A stretch of 64,000 bases of DNA from an uncultured Rhodobacterales bacterium (GTDB taxonomy: Bacteria; Pseudomonadota; Alphaproteobacteria; Rhodobacterales; Rhodobacteraceae), in assembly GCA_964392825.1 (NCBI GenBank), contig CAYMRW010000001.1:15331-79330 (forward strand), in the 5' to 3' direction. This document shows positions 11,201-20,751 of the stretch, one piece after another; position 1 is the stretch's first letter, and every line of letters begins with the position of its first letter. The notes beneath the pieces were generated by a model that saw only the letters and a list, made by a program, of their open reading frames with translations, did no database searches and was not told the DNA's origin. A program made the translations under genes and the position numbers.

Positions 11201-14200
11201 GCCGCCGGCTTCTCCGGCCAGGACAGCTTCACCTACACGATCGGCGACGGCCAGGGCGGCACCGACACGGCGACGGTCACGGTGATCGAGAGCACGACGC
11301 CGCTCTTCCAGCTCAACATCAACGCGGGCGGCGGCGCCTACACCTCGACTGACGGGGTGAGCTACGTGGCCGACAGCTACTTCGTCGGCGGCAGCCCGTA
11401 TTCCACGAAGTCGACGATTGCCTTCACCGACGACCCGATCCTCTTCCAGACCGAGCGCTACGGGCAGTTCGGCTATGCCATCCCGGTGGCCGACGGCATC
11501 TACGAGGTCACGCTCGACTTCGCCGAAATCTACTTCGATGCCGCCGGGCAGCGCATCTTCGATGTCCAGATCGAGGGGATGCTGCCCATCGACGACCTCG
11601 ACATCTGGTCGGTGACGGGCGACATCAATCGGCCCTACACGACGGTGCCGATCCTGGTCGAGGTGACGGACGGCACGCTGAACATCGACTTCCTCACCGA
11701 GGTGCAGAACCCGAAGGTCAGCGCGATCAGCGTGCGATCGGCGGTCGACGTCGGCAACCCGCCGGACGCCGTGCCCGATGCCTACGTCACCGACGAGGAC
11801 ACCGCGTTGACGGTCGGGGCTGGCGCCGGCGTGCTCGCTAACGACAGCGATGCGGATGCCGAGGCGCTCACCGCGAGCCTGGTCGTGGGGCCCGCCAACG
11901 GTTCGGTGACGCTGGCGGAGGACGGCAGCTTCAACTATGTCCCCGCGCTCAACTTCAACGGAACCGACAGTTTCACCTACGCCGTCCGCGACGAGACGGG
12001 CCTTAGCTCGACCGCCACCGTGACGATCGGCGTGGCCGCGGTGAACGACCCGCCGGTCGCGGTCGACGATGCGTTCCTCACCTCGGTCGACACGCCGATC
12101 AGCATTCCGGGCGCCAACGCCCTGCTCGAGAACGACGTCGACGTCGAGGGCGACGAACTCGCCGTCGTCGCGGTGAACGGCGTCGCCGCGAATGTGGGCG
12201 CGCAGATCACGCTGCCATCGGGCGCGCTGCTCAGCGTCAACAGCTTCGGCCGGATCGACTATGAGCCGGCGCCGGGCTTCACCGGCGAGGATACCTTCAC
12301 CTACACGGTATCCGACGGCACCGCGACTGGCAGCACCGCCACGGTGACGATCGACGTCGTGTCGAGCCTGCCGCCGGTGGTCGAAGTCAACGCCGGCGCC
12401 GTCGTCGACGAGGCGGGGACGACCACGATCTCGGCGGCGCTGCTGCAAACGACCGATCCCGACACCTCGCCCGACATGCTCGTCTACACGCTGACCACGC
12501 TGCCGGTGCACGGGACCCTCACGCTCGGCGGCACCGCGCTCGAGGCGGGCGGCAGCTTCACCCAGACCGACATCGACAGCGGCGCCCTCTCTTACGTCCA
12601 CGATGGCTCCGAGACGCTGTCCGACGGGTTTGGCTACGAGGTTACCGACGGTCTCTTCACGCTTTCGGGCGAGAGCTTCGAGATCACCGTGTCCGCGATC
12701 AACGACGCTCCGGTCGCGGCCGACGAGAGCTACCTCGTCGACCACGGGACGTCGCTGGCGGTCAACGCTGCAGGCGGCGTACTCGCCAACGATACCGACG
12801 TCGACAGCCCGTCGCTCGCCGTCGGCGCGGTGAACGGCAACGCCGGGGCCGTCGGCAAAGAGGTTACCCTGCCCTCCGGGGCCAAGCTCAACCTCAAGGC
12901 CGACGGCAGCTTCGTCTACGAGCCGCTCGCCGGCTTCTCGGGCGAGGACAGCTTCGCCTATACCGTCGGGGATGGCTCGGGCGGCAGCGACACCGCCACG
13001 GTGCAACTCGACATCGCCCCGGCCGAGTCACCCTTCGCGCTGCACATAAACGCCGGCGGCAATGCCTACACCGCCTCGAACGGCGTGCAGTACGTGGCCG
13101 ACAGCTACTTCAGCGGCGGCAAGAAGTACTCGAAGGTCGAGCCGATCGCCGGCACCGCGGACGATGCGCTGTTCCAGACCGAGCGTTTCGCCACCAGCAG
13201 CTTTAGCTACAACATCGCGGTCGAGCCCGGCACCTACGCGGTATCGCTCGACTTTGCGGAACTGTCCTTCGACGCGGCCGGGCAGCGCGTCTTCGACGTC
13301 AAGATCGAGGGCAAGACCGCCTTCGACAACCTCGACATATGGGCCGAGGCCGGCGACCAGTTCACCGCGTACGAGCCGGCGCCCTACGTGATCGACGTCA
13401 TCGACGGGGAACTCAACATCGAGTTCGTCAAGGGCGTCCAGAACCCCAAGGTCAGCGCGATCAGCGTCGTCGACGTCACGTCGGACGACAACTCGCCGAT
13501 CGCCCAGAACGATTCCGAGACGGTGCGGCTCAGCTCGTTCGTCGCGATCGACGTGCTCGAGAACGACCTCGATCTCGACGGGGACGCGCTGCAGATCGTG
13601 TCGGTCGGGGGCGAGGCCAAGAAGGGCACGGTCTCGGTCAACGATGCCGGCACACCGGACGACGCGACCGACGACTTCCTCGTCTACACCTCGAACGGCA
13701 GCTCCACCGGCAAGGACACGTTCAGCTACGCGATCACCGACGGAACCGGAAAGACGTCGAGCGCGACCGTGACGGTCGATGTCCTGCCGCTCGATGCCGT
13801 GGCCTTCGACCGTGTTCCGGTCACGGGCATCCCCGACAAGAGCTACACCTCGATCCAGTTCGGTCCCGACGACCGCCTCTACGCCTCGGACCGCTTCGGC
13901 GAGATCTTCGCGTTCGAGGTCGAACCGCAGCTCGATCCGGTCACCGGCAAGGTCACGAGCTATGCCGCGACCAGCGTCGAGACCATCACGCTCATCAAGT
14001 CGATCCCGAACCACGACGACGACGGCTCGCTTGCACCCGAGGTCACCGACCGTCAGGTCACCGGCTTCGTCGTCGGCGGCACCGCCGAGAACCCCGTGCT
14101 CTACGTGGGCTCGAGCGATCCGCGCGAGGGCGGCGGCGGCGGCGGCGGCGACGGCGATCTCGGCCTCGACACCAACTCGGGGATCATCTCGCGTCTGAGC

Positions 14201-16237
14201 TGGAACGGCACCGGATGGGAGAAGCTCGACCTCGTGCGCGGCCTGCCCCGCTCGGAGGAGAACCATTCGACGAATGGCCTCCTGCTTACCACCGACCCCG
14301 ACACCGGCCACCGCATCCTGCTCGCTTCGCAGGGCGGAAACACCAATTCGGGCGCGCCGTCGAAGAACTTCGCCTATGCCAACGAAACGGCGCTGTCGGC
14401 GGCGATCCTCAAGATCGACCTTACCGAGCTCGAGAGCGGCACGGGCGACTATGCGGTCAAGACCGACGGCGCCCACAGCTATGTCTACGATCTGCCCACC
14501 GTAATGGGCGATACCGTGGGCGTCTTCGGCGGCCGCGACGGCCTGAACCAGGCACGCCTCGTCGAGGGCAGCCCGGTCTCCGTCTACTCCTCCGGCTGGC
14601 GCAATGCCTACGATCTCGTCGAGACCGAGGATGGCGACATCTTCACCATCGACAACGGCGCCAACCAGGGCTGGGGTGGACTGCCCGCGGGCGAGGGCAC
14701 GGGGAACGTGTCGAACCAGCTGCCCACCAGCGATCCGGACGGGTTCAACAGCGTCAACAACCTCGACCATCTCGAATGGGTTCAGGGGCCGGGCTATTAT
14801 GGCGGGCATCCCAACCCGATCCGCGCCAATCCGGACGGCGCCGGCATCATCTACACCGATGCCAACGGCAACGAGGTCTGGGCGCAGAACCCTGGCGGCG
14901 CGTGGCCGCCGGTCGACGAGTCGTTCTCGTTCCCCGACGACAACGACTTCCTGCTGCCCGGCGTCGAGGACAACGCCCTCGTGACCTGGAAAGTGTCGAC
15001 CAACGGTATCGCCGAATACACCTCGTCTGGGTTCCAGGGCGCGATGCAGGGCAACCTGCTCGCGGCGGCGTTCGACTCGAGCATCTACCGGATCGTCGTC
15101 AACGGCTCGAACACGAGCGCCACCAAGGAAGCGCTGGCAAGCGGCCTGCCCGGCATACCGCTCGACGTCATCGCCCAGGGCGACAACGCGATCTTCCCCG
15201 GAACGATCTGGATCGCCTACGTCGCGGGAGGTGCCGACATCGAGGTTCTGGTTCCGACCCTCGCGATCGGCACGCCCGACGATTTCGATGGCGACGGCTA
15301 TTCGAACGCCGACGAGGCCGCGAACGGGACGAACCCGAACAGCCCCTCGAGCGTACCACCCGACAATGACGGCGACTTCGTCTCGGATCTCACGGACGAT
15401 GACGACGATGGCGATACGCTGCTCGACTGGGCCGACCACTTCGCGCTCGACCCCCAGAACGGCACGACGCGGGTGATCACGGACGCGGAGGGCTTCTTCA
15501 ACCCGCTCCGCAACGACGATCCGGGAACGGGATTCGCCGGCCTCGGCTTCACCGGCTGGATGACGGACGGCGTCACCGACTACCTCGACCGCTACGACGA
15601 CGACAACCTGATCGCCGGTGGCACCTCGGGCATCTTCACGATCATCGAGACCACGTCGGGCGACGCCCGCGGCGGGCTCAACACCCAGGACAACGGCTTC
15701 CAGTTCGGGGTTGTCGCGAACACGTCGGGACCGATGATCGTCCAGGCGGCGATGCTGAACGTCTTCTCGCCGCTCACCACCCAGTCCCTCACGCCCGGCG
15801 CGGCGGCGGGCATCCACATCGGCAGCGGCGATCAGGACAACTACGTCAAGCTGGCCGTCGGCGTGAACGCCTCTGGCGAACTCGGCGTCGTGCTCCTGCA
15901 CGAGGAGAACGGCATCGTTCTCGAGGAGACGTTCATCCCGGGCGCCTCAGTCCCGCTCGGAGCGGAGGTCCAGCTCTACTTCGAGGTGGATGCCGACACC
16001 GGCGGCGTCACCCCCGGCTGGAAGGTCTCGGGCGAGGCCGGACAGACCGGCGACGCGGTCACCGTCAGCGGCGATCTGCTGGCGGCGCTGCTCGGCACCT
16101 ACGAGAACGACGGCGTCGACAGCGCGCTGGCCGTCGGCGTGAACTCAACGAATGGCGGCGGCGACCCCTTCGCCGCCCAGTACGACTTCATCAATGTCTT
16201 CGCCGGCACCCTCGCCGACGAGTTCTCGATCGCCTGA
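8282..16237 (+). CDS. Giant (2651 aa) extracellular multidomain protein: CBM-like N-domain, 3 malectin domains, about 7 Big_9/cadherin-like Ig repeats, beta-propeller (sugar dehydrogenase-like) region
   Basis: Three INAGG...Y.AD.YF...LFQTER...F.E......RVFDV malectin-type units. APVAADD...VL.ND.D.DGD...SF.YT..DG Ig repeats. Propeller-like motifs FGPDDRLY, GLPRSEENHSTNG and GWRNAYDL. GAGGA RBS. Confidence 0.88.
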   Translation: MATLPEPPAGTNGYFLEENGLVKVQFEDIANGAQPPSGWVYQDASNGNNPGFEGDGYYYWKSETSTQLDKQPTQGLISATVYIQNAGTYNLYLRSTRDSDDPSDQRNDIWVKVDDDIIPLLPLSREMITVDGFAKLYGASTSWGTSKNFDDANTNNNPDSRLVLSEGFHTITFAGRSQGFHIDSFQLNTRGGANNALESSQFVTAAEITAPEIGAATLTITPNEDVQGSNFGSNSFRIENVGDKTIAKVEIDVTDALLRDAVFDPFGLAGDTVTKPLTINSAGNTGVAAPSSASYIGAGGTAGYEKIQLVFNQNSSGGFQPGEAVGFAIDMDPNSIAGAQKDPLDAGTDPAWDVGGVNGAELVGSRFTVTFTDGTTATGQLQGVTDTATTNSQGGGRGLATQTPSAGTVSLEVAGLSPGEAGSYASGGPEVVIDGPAGATARIVLLKGFIQPGDNLFTGAYKAQLDAQLAALAASDFPANNAVEFQVRDVVLTGAPQNVTALFNFDTVPVPGVANPDALPLGFVAGLIDPQNDDLPAGPVTTPIYLVADDGSGPANAAPVAADDTAASAGAAVTVDVLGNDTDADGDALSLASFTQGANGTVARDDAGTPGDQSDDQLVYTPAAGFSGQDSFTYTIGDGQGGTDTATVNVSVSGSAPAFELYINAGGGAYTALDGTSYVADTYFSGGVAGAKSAAIAGTGDDALFNAYRLGEFGYAIPVANGTYVVDLSFSEFYWTQDGARVFDVGIEGATVLDNFDVHAAAGARNTAFTAPSITVEVTDGTLDIGFEGEVRAPLLQAIGIRSASTAPGAAPVAADDAYAVAEDGTLTVGAAQGVLANDSDADGGTLTASVAAGPAHGTLSLAANGSFVYTPEAGFSGPDGFSYTVTDDTGRTDGGTVAITVAAAANAAPVAADDTAASAGAAVTVDVLGNDTDADGDALSLASFTQGANGTVARDDAGTPGDQSDDQLVYTPAAGFSGQDSFTYTIGDGQGGTDTATVTVIESTTPLFQLNINAGGGAYTSTDGVSYVADSYFVGGSPYSTKSTIAFTDDPILFQTERYGQFGYAIPVADGIYEVTLDFAEIYFDAAGQRIFDVQIEGMLPIDDLDIWSVTGDINRPYTTVPILVEVTDGTLNIDFLTEVQNPKVSAISVRSAVDVGNPPDAVPDAYVTDEDTALTVGAGAGVLANDSDADAEALTASLVVGPANGSVTLAEDGSFNYVPALNFNGTDSFTYAVRDETGLSSTATVTIGVAAVNDPPVAVDDAFLTSVDTPISIPGANALLENDVDVEGDELAVVAVNGVAANVGAQITLPSGALLSVNSFGRIDYEPAPGFTGEDTFTYTVSDGTATGSTATVTIDVVSSLPPVVEVNAGAVVDEAGTTTISAALLQTTDPDTSPDMLVYTLTTLPVHGTLTLGGTALEAGGSFTQTDIDSGALSYVHDGSETLSDGFGYEVTDGLFTLSGESFEITVSAINDAPVAADESYLVDHGTSLAVNAAGGVLANDTDVDSPSLAVGAVNGNAGAVGKEVTLPSGAKLNLKADGSFVYEPLAGFSGEDSFAYTVGDGSGGSDTATVQLDIAPAESPFALHINAGGNAYTASNGVQYVADSYFSGGKKYSKVEPIAGTADDALFQTERFATSSFSYNIAVEPGTYAVSLDFAELSFDAAGQRVFDVKIEGKTAFDNLDIWAEAGDQFTAYEPAPYVIDVIDGELNIEFVKGVQNPKVSAISVVDVTSDDNSPIAQNDSETVRLSSFVAIDVLENDLDLDGDALQIVSVGGEAKKGTVSVNDAGTPDDATDDFLVYTSNGSSTGKDTFSYAITDGTGKTSSATVTVDVLPLDAVAFDRVPVTGIPDKSYTSIQFGPDDRLYASDRFGEIFAFEVEPQLDPVTGKVTSYAATSVETITLIKSIPNHDDDGSLAPEVTDRQVTGFVVGGTAENPVLYVGSSDPREGGGGGGGDGDLGLDTNSGIISRLSWNGTGWEKLDLVRGLPRSEENHSTNGLLLTTDPDTGHRILLASQGGNTNSGAPSKNFAYANETALSAAILKIDLTELESGTGDYAVKTDGAHSYVYDLPTVMGDTVGVFGGRDGLNQARLVEGSPVSVYSSGWRNAYDLVETEDGDIFTIDNGANQGWGGLPAGEGTGNVSNQLPTSDPDGFNSVNNLDHLEWVQGPGYYGGHPNPIRANPDGAGIIYTDANGNEVWAQNPGGAWPPVDESFSFPDDNDFLLPGVEDNALVTWKVSTNGIAEYTSSGFQGAMQGNLLAAAFDSSIYRIVVNGSNTSATKEALASGLPGIPLDVIAQGDNAIFPGTIWIAYVAGGADIEVLVPTLAIGTPDDFDGDGYSNADEAANGTNPNSPSSVPPDNDGDFVSDLTDDDDDGDTLLDWADHFALDPQNGTTRVITDAEGFFNPLRNDDPGTGFAGLGFTGWMTDGVTDYLDRYDDDNLIAGGTSGIFTIIETTSGDARGGLNTQDNGFQFGVVANTSGPMIVQAAMLNVFSPLTTQSLTPGAAAGIHIGSGDQDNYVKLAVGVNASGELGVVLLHEENGIVLEETFIPGASVPLGAEVQLYFEVDADTGGVTPGWKVSGEAGQTGDAVTVSGDLLAALLGTYENDGVDSALAVGVNSTNGGGDPFAAQYDFINVFAGTLADEFSIA
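9953..10224 (+). repeat. 272-bp direct repeat, copy 1 (one Ig-like domain)
   Basis: Identical by eye to 11006-11277. Confidence 0.9.
11006..11277 (+). repeat. 272-bp direct repeat, copy 2
   Basis: Identical by eye to 9953-10224. Confidence 0.9.
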
Positions 16238-16241
16238 CGAA

Positions 16242-16273
16242 AGATGCCGGCCCTTTCCGAAGGGCCGGCATCT
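16242..16273. terminator. Hairpin between convergent genes, probable bidirectional terminator
   Basis: AGATGCCGGCCCTT-tccg-AAGGGCCGGCATCT, a perfect 14-bp stem just after the stop at 16237. Confidence 0.8.
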
Positions 16274-16323
16274 CGGTGTTCCCGGTGCCGGCCGGCGCGA
16301 TGTCCGCGCCGGCCGCTGTCGGC

Positions 16324-19300
16324 TCAGGCGATCAGGTCGAACGCCACGAAGTGGAAGTCGGGCTCGGTCAAGGGTGCCGGCCCGTCGGTAAGCCACGGAC
16401 TTGCCTCGAGCGTGGCGTAGCGGACGCTGGCCCCGAACTCGATCGTGGTATCGCCGTCGTTGGTGATCAGGGACTGCTCGATCTCGTCGCCATCGGCGTC
16501 GTAGGTGCGGAAGATCGCCCCTTCGTCGGCCCCATCCTTCTGGCCGAGCCCATCCAGCCGCAACGTGATCCCGCCGACGCCCTGGCCGAAGTCGAAGCCG
16601 ATCTTCTCGCTCCCGTCGGCCGAGCCGCGGAGGTAGTCGATCTCGGTCGCGGTGCCGACATCGACGACACCGACGTCGCCGCCACGCTGCGCGAGGGGCA
16701 CGCCCTCGCCGTCGACGCCGAAGCCGAACAGGAACACGTCGTCGATCCCGAGCCTCGGTCCCGAGAGGTCGAACGGGGCGGTGAAACCGCCGCCTCCCCC
16801 GTTTTCGGCATCCGGCGCACCCTGGTCACGCGCGGCGATCTCGATGCCGCTCACCTTGGCGTTGTTCACCTGGCTAAGGAACTCCAGGTCGAGGCGGCCG
16901 TCTGCGACGCTGACCGGAACGACGACGTCGTGCGCGATGTTCTTGCCGCCCGCCGCCTTCCAGACGTCGAGATCGTCGATGACGGTCCGCCCCTCGGCGC
17001 TGACGTCGAAGACCCGTTCGCCTGCCGCATCGAAGAAGATTTCGGCGAACTTGAACGTGACGTCGTAGTCGCCGTTCTCCACCGCGAACGCGTATTCGAA
17101 ATCGCCGTAGCGCTCGGTCTGGTAGAGGGCGCCGTCCGAGGTCCCGGCGATCGTGGCCGAAGTGTCGAACCTTGTGCCGCCCGAATGTCCCGCGTCGCCC
17201 CGGCCGCCGGCGTCGATCGCGTCGATCGCGGGAGCGGGGTTTGGCTGCGGCTCAGGCTGCGGTTCCGGTTCCGGCTGCGGCTCGGGCTTCGGTTCCGGCT
17301 CAGGCTCCGGTTTCGGTTTCGGTTTCGGCTCCGGCTTAGCCTCCGGTTCCGGCTCGGGCACCGGCTGCGGCTCGGGCTGTGGTTCCGGCTTGGGCTCCGG
17401 TTCCGGCTGCGGCTTGGGCTGGTCGCCGCCACCGACGAATTCCGAATTCTCGAGCGAATTGTCGGGCCGTCCGTTCTTCGTCAGCTCGAAGCTGTCGATG
17501 TGGAAGCCGTCGGAGCGTCCGGAGAAGGTGATGGTGTGGAAGCCCTTGTCGAGCACGACCTCCGACTCAGGATTTCTGTTCGTGTCCCGATCGTCGAAGT
17601 TCTCGGCCGTGTGCCATTGCTTCGGCGCGTCGGAGTTGAGCCCGTAGAGCTTGACGAAGCCGTTCGAGGTGACCATCGGCGGGCTGCCATCGGGCATCAT
17701 CGCGACGGTTCCGTCGTCGACCTTGACCCAGATGTCGTTGCGCGCGTCGCTGGGATTGTCGCTGTCGCGTGAGGCGCGCAGGAAGAGGTTATAGATGCCC
17801 GGGTCCTCGATGTAGACGGTGACGGTGAACGCCCCCTGCCCTGCCGACTTGGCGTAGGAGGTGCTGCCTTCACTCTTCCAGTAGTAGTAGCCGTCGCCCT
17901 CGAAGCCCGGATTGTCGCCGTTGCGCGCGTCCTGGTAGACCCAGCCCGCGGTGTCGCCGACCACGTCCTCGAACTGGACCTTCACGGTTCCGTCCTTCTC
18001 GAGGAAGTAGCCGTCGCCGTTCGTCGGCGGCACCTCGAGTTCGTCCGGCTCCGGTTCGGGCGTGGGCTCGGGCTGTGGCTTGGGCTCAGGCTCCGGCTTG
18101 GGCTCGGGCTGTGGTTCGGGCTCGGGCTGCGGTTCGGGCTTCTGAGGGGCCGGTGCCTCGGTGCCCGGCGCGCCGTCGAGGTCGCTGTTGCGGGCCAGGA
18201 GCACCCAGTCCTTGTTCGCCGCGGAAGGGGCCCCTCCCAGTTGAACCACCGAGCCGCCGTCGACGGAGCCGTCGGCGATCAGGCTGCCGCCGGTACGGGG
18301 GTTGAACCAGAAGACGTCGAAGTCCTCGCCCGACTGCCCGCGCAGGTCGAGCCGTACATCATTGGCCTGGCCGTACGGCAAGTAGACGACGTAGTACGCG
18401 CCGGGATCCGCCATGACGTAGTCGCCGCCATTGATCGTCAGCCCGTCGGCCTGCTTCATGTCCCAGAACGGGATATGCGTGTTGTAGAAGTCCGTCGCGG
18501 CGGCGGTCCATTCCATGACCGACTCGAAGGCGTCGAACGTGTCCATGTTCTGGTCGTAGGAATGGCCGGAGCTGCCCTTGACGTACCAGCTGAAACCCGA
18601 GCCGCCGGCGGTCAGCGTGCCCCAGAGGCCATCGCGCAGGGCCTTCTCGGGCGCGGAATCGGGGTTATTGGAGTTGGCGTCGATGACTTTCGTGGAATCC
18701 TCGTCCCACGCCAGCACCCAGGGGTCGCCCGCCTTGGCGGACTTGTCCCGGAGATCCTGCATCACCCCGCGGACCTGCTCGGACGTGGCGAGGAGCGATG
18801 GCCCGTCGAACGCCTCAACGCCTCGCAAAGGGTTAAAATCGCTGCTGTAATTGTCGCGCAGCGTGTGCAGCACGATGGCATGGTCGTAGGCGTCGACGGC
18901 CTTCGCCCACTTGGCCATGTCGATGCGTTCCTGGGTGGAGTTGGTGTTCTCCTCGCCGAGGTTCCACTGAATGCCGTTGTTGTGGCCGAACCGGGCGATC
19001 ATTTCGCGCATGTAGATCATGCGCTCGGCGCTGAGGCTGGTGCCCGCGATGTCGGTGCCACCGTTCAGCAGCTGGTCGTTCTCGATCTCCTGGAGGAAGA
19101 CGTTCTTGTAGATGCCCTTCTCGTCCATGTGGTCGAAGAGGATTTCCCACTGGGCGAGCTTGGAGACGTCGTAGACCGAGGTGATGTCGGGATCGAGGTT
19201 CTTGGCGTTCGTACGCAGCTTGTCGAGATCGGTGGCGGCCCATGGCCAGACATCCTTGCCGTCGCCCGCCGCCGTCAGCGTCATGAGGTAGATCGAGTTC

Positions 19301-19944
19301 TGGCCCTGCTCGGCCAGATAGTTGATCGCGCCGAGCATGTTCTTGCCCTGGCTGCCGTCCCAGGTCGGGTCGCCGCGGTTGGCGTCGCCCGAATGGCTCT
19401 TGAAATCGTGCCGGCCGGGCGTGTTGTCCACGTCGGGGCTCGCGAGGAAGTTCTCGGGGACCCCCGGGCCGCCGCGCACGAAGTAGTCGCCGTCGCCCTG
19501 GTGCTGCAGGTAATGCGTGCCCTCGTCTTGAACGATCATGCCCTTGGCGCGGAAGTCGTCGCCCGACTTGTCGCTCTTGGCGACCGTGAAGCTGCCGCTC
19601 TCGCCGTCGATGGACGAGGCCGCCCGGCCGGCCGAGGCGCTGGTGCTGGCCGCGACGTCGTTGCCGGAACGGAAGGACGCCTCGTAGCTCCACTCGCCCT
19701 GAAGCGGCGCATTGAAGTTCACGCGCCAGACCTTGCCCGAGGTGGCGCCGCTGTCCGCGGCATCGCCGTCTGCCGCGAAGAAGCCCGGCACCGTCAGTTC
19801 GGTGCCGCTGGCCTTGTGCGTGAAGGTGACATCAAGACGATGGTCGCGGAAAGTCGACGCGCTCTCGGTGAACGTGGTGTCGGCGGTGAAATCGAGCGAT
19901 ATCTTGTGCCAGGTCTTTCGTTCGCCCGAAAGTTGAGCGGCCAT
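16324..19944 (-). CDS. DUF5060-domain glycoside-hydrolase-like protein with collagen-binding-like domain, Pro-Glu linkers, CBM-like and malectin domains (1206 aa)
   Basis: LDVTFTH...VPGFFAADG...WRVNF...GEWSY (DUF5060-like). WNLGEEN resembles a GH-A acid/base motif. YVVYLP...WFNPRTGG marks the collagen-binding-like domain and LYQTERYG...FAEIFF...RVFDV the malectin. GGAGG RBS. Confidence 0.82.
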   Translation of the reverse strand: MAAQLSGERKTWHKISLDFTADTTFTESASTFRDHRLDVTFTHKASGTELTVPGFFAADGDAADSGATSGKVWRVNFNAPLQGEWSYEASFRSGNDVAASTSASAGRAASSIDGESGSFTVAKSDKSGDDFRAKGMIVQDEGTHYLQHQGDGDYFVRGGPGVPENFLASPDVDNTPGRHDFKSHSGDANRGDPTWDGSQGKNMLGAINYLAEQGQNSIYLMTLTAAGDGKDVWPWAATDLDKLRTNAKNLDPDITSVYDVSKLAQWEILFDHMDEKGIYKNVFLQEIENDQLLNGGTDIAGTSLSAERMIYMREMIARFGHNNGIQWNLGEENTNSTQERIDMAKWAKAVDAYDHAIVLHTLRDNYSSDFNPLRGVEAFDGPSLLATSEQVRGVMQDLRDKSAKAGDPWVLAWDEDSTKVIDANSNNPDSAPEKALRDGLWGTLTAGGSGFSWYVKGSSGHSYDQNMDTFDAFESVMEWTAAATDFYNTHIPFWDMKQADGLTINGGDYVMADPGAYYVVYLPYGQANDVRLDLRGQSGEDFDVFWFNPRTGGSLIADGSVDGGSVVQLGGAPSAANKDWVLLARNSDLDGAPGTEAPAPQKPEPQPEPEPQPEPKPEPEPKPQPEPTPEPEPDELEVPPTNGDGYFLEKDGTVKVQFEDVVGDTAGWVYQDARNGDNPGFEGDGYYYWKSEGSTSYAKSAGQGAFTVTVYIEDPGIYNLFLRASRDSDNPSDARNDIWVKVDDGTVAMMPDGSPPMVTSNGFVKLYGLNSDAPKQWHTAENFDDRDTNRNPESEVVLDKGFHTITFSGRSDGFHIDSFELTKNGRPDNSLENSEFVGGGDQPKPQPEPEPKPEPQPEPQPVPEPEPEAKPEPKPKPKPEPEPEPKPEPQPEPEPQPEPQPNPAPAIDAIDAGGRGDAGHSGGTRFDTSATIAGTSDGALYQTERYGDFEYAFAVENGDYDVTFKFAEIFFDAAGERVFDVSAEGRTVIDDLDVWKAAGGKNIAHDVVVPVSVADGRLDLEFLSQVNNAKVSGIEIAARDQGAPDAENGGGGGFTAPFDLSGPRLGIDDVFLFGFGVDGEGVPLAQRGGDVGVVDVGTATEIDYLRGSADGSEKIGFDFGQGVGGITLRLDGLGQKDGADEGAIFRTYDADGDEIEQSLITNDGDTTIEFGASVRYATLEASPWLTDGPAPLTEPDFHFVAFDLIA
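17239..17420 (-). repeat. Low-complexity (PE/PK/PQ)n linker repeat
   Basis: Degenerate hexamer repeats encoding [17 protein letters not shown]...; a second block lies at about 18045-18140. Confidence 0.85.
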
Positions 19945-20369
19945 ATGTCCTCCGTGGGGAATTATGCGGTTGGTCGGGCTTAACCGCGTGCTCGTTCCTT
20001 AGACAAACGCATGCTTGAAAAGGAGGCGGTGGTTCGCCGACGAGGGCAATGTCCGGGTGGCTTTCCGCCGATGGATCGCCCCCAGATTGTGTGACGTTGC
20101 GACGCCGGTACTCTGTTTGGGGTAGGCCGCCGGTCGATCTGTACTCCTGATCCGCCAGAACGCAGCCGAAGCGGTACGCAGTACCCCCGACGAATCGGCG
20201 CCCCGGAAAGCTGCCGGCGTTGCATCGAGGTGGGGATTACCGGTCCCGCGTGGGTAAAGGGAAAGAGAGGGTCGCCTTACGGGTTTACTGGGCGCGCGGC
20301 GCGGATTACTCGCTGAATGGCTGGTTTCGGGGACGCGGCGAAGTCTGGATGACGATATGCGATGACCCA

Positions 20370-20747
20370 ATGTCGATATGGACCCGGCGGCAGGCTCTTC
20401 GTGCGCTTGCGGCGGCGGGGATAGCGCCCGCCTTTGCGACCGCGCCCAGCACGGCAGATGTCTTCGAGGATGCGCTGTGGTCCTATGCGCGGGCCGTCGG
20501 GTCGGCGCCCGAGGTGACCGCGGTCGGTCGCGTCGCGGCCAACGGGCGCGATGCCCGAACCCTCGAGGCTGCGCTGCGCCGCCGCATTGCCGGCATTCAC
20601 GATGCCGCGGGCTGGCGTGCCCGGCTCGCCGAGGCGGCCCGCGAGGACATCGCGCGCCGCGATCGGGTGGAGGTCGACGGGCGGCGCCTGACCCGGATCG
20701 AGGCGGATTTCCTCGCCTTCGCGGCGTGCCTGCAGGATCTCGCTTGA
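20370..20747 (+). CDS. Small Tat-signal protein, apparent paralog of the GMC partner at 44172-44558
   Basis: Twin-arginine signal TRRQALRALAAAGIA; C-terminal REDIARRDRVEVDGRRLTRIE motif. Confidence 0.7.
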   Translation: MSIWTRRQALRALAAAGIAPAFATAPSTADVFEDALWSYARAVGSAPEVTAVGRVAANGRDARTLEAALRRRIAGIHDAAGWRARLAEAAREDIARRDRVEVDGRRLTRIEADFLAFAACLQDLA

Positions 20748-20751
20748 GGGG

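Noticed and set aside
14129-14149. (GGC)7 run
   Set aside because: In-frame poly-Gly loop; no frameshift phase variation possible.
8966-15901. Long antisense ORFs (1346 aa and 957 aa) opposite the giant protein
   Set aside because: Arg/Val/Gly-rich shadow frames expected from high-GC codon bias; no recognisable motifs.
17239-18140. Repetitive DNA as a possible CRISPR array or VNTR system
   Set aside because: In-frame Pro-Glu/Lys/Gln linkers; no repeat-spacer structure and no cas genes.
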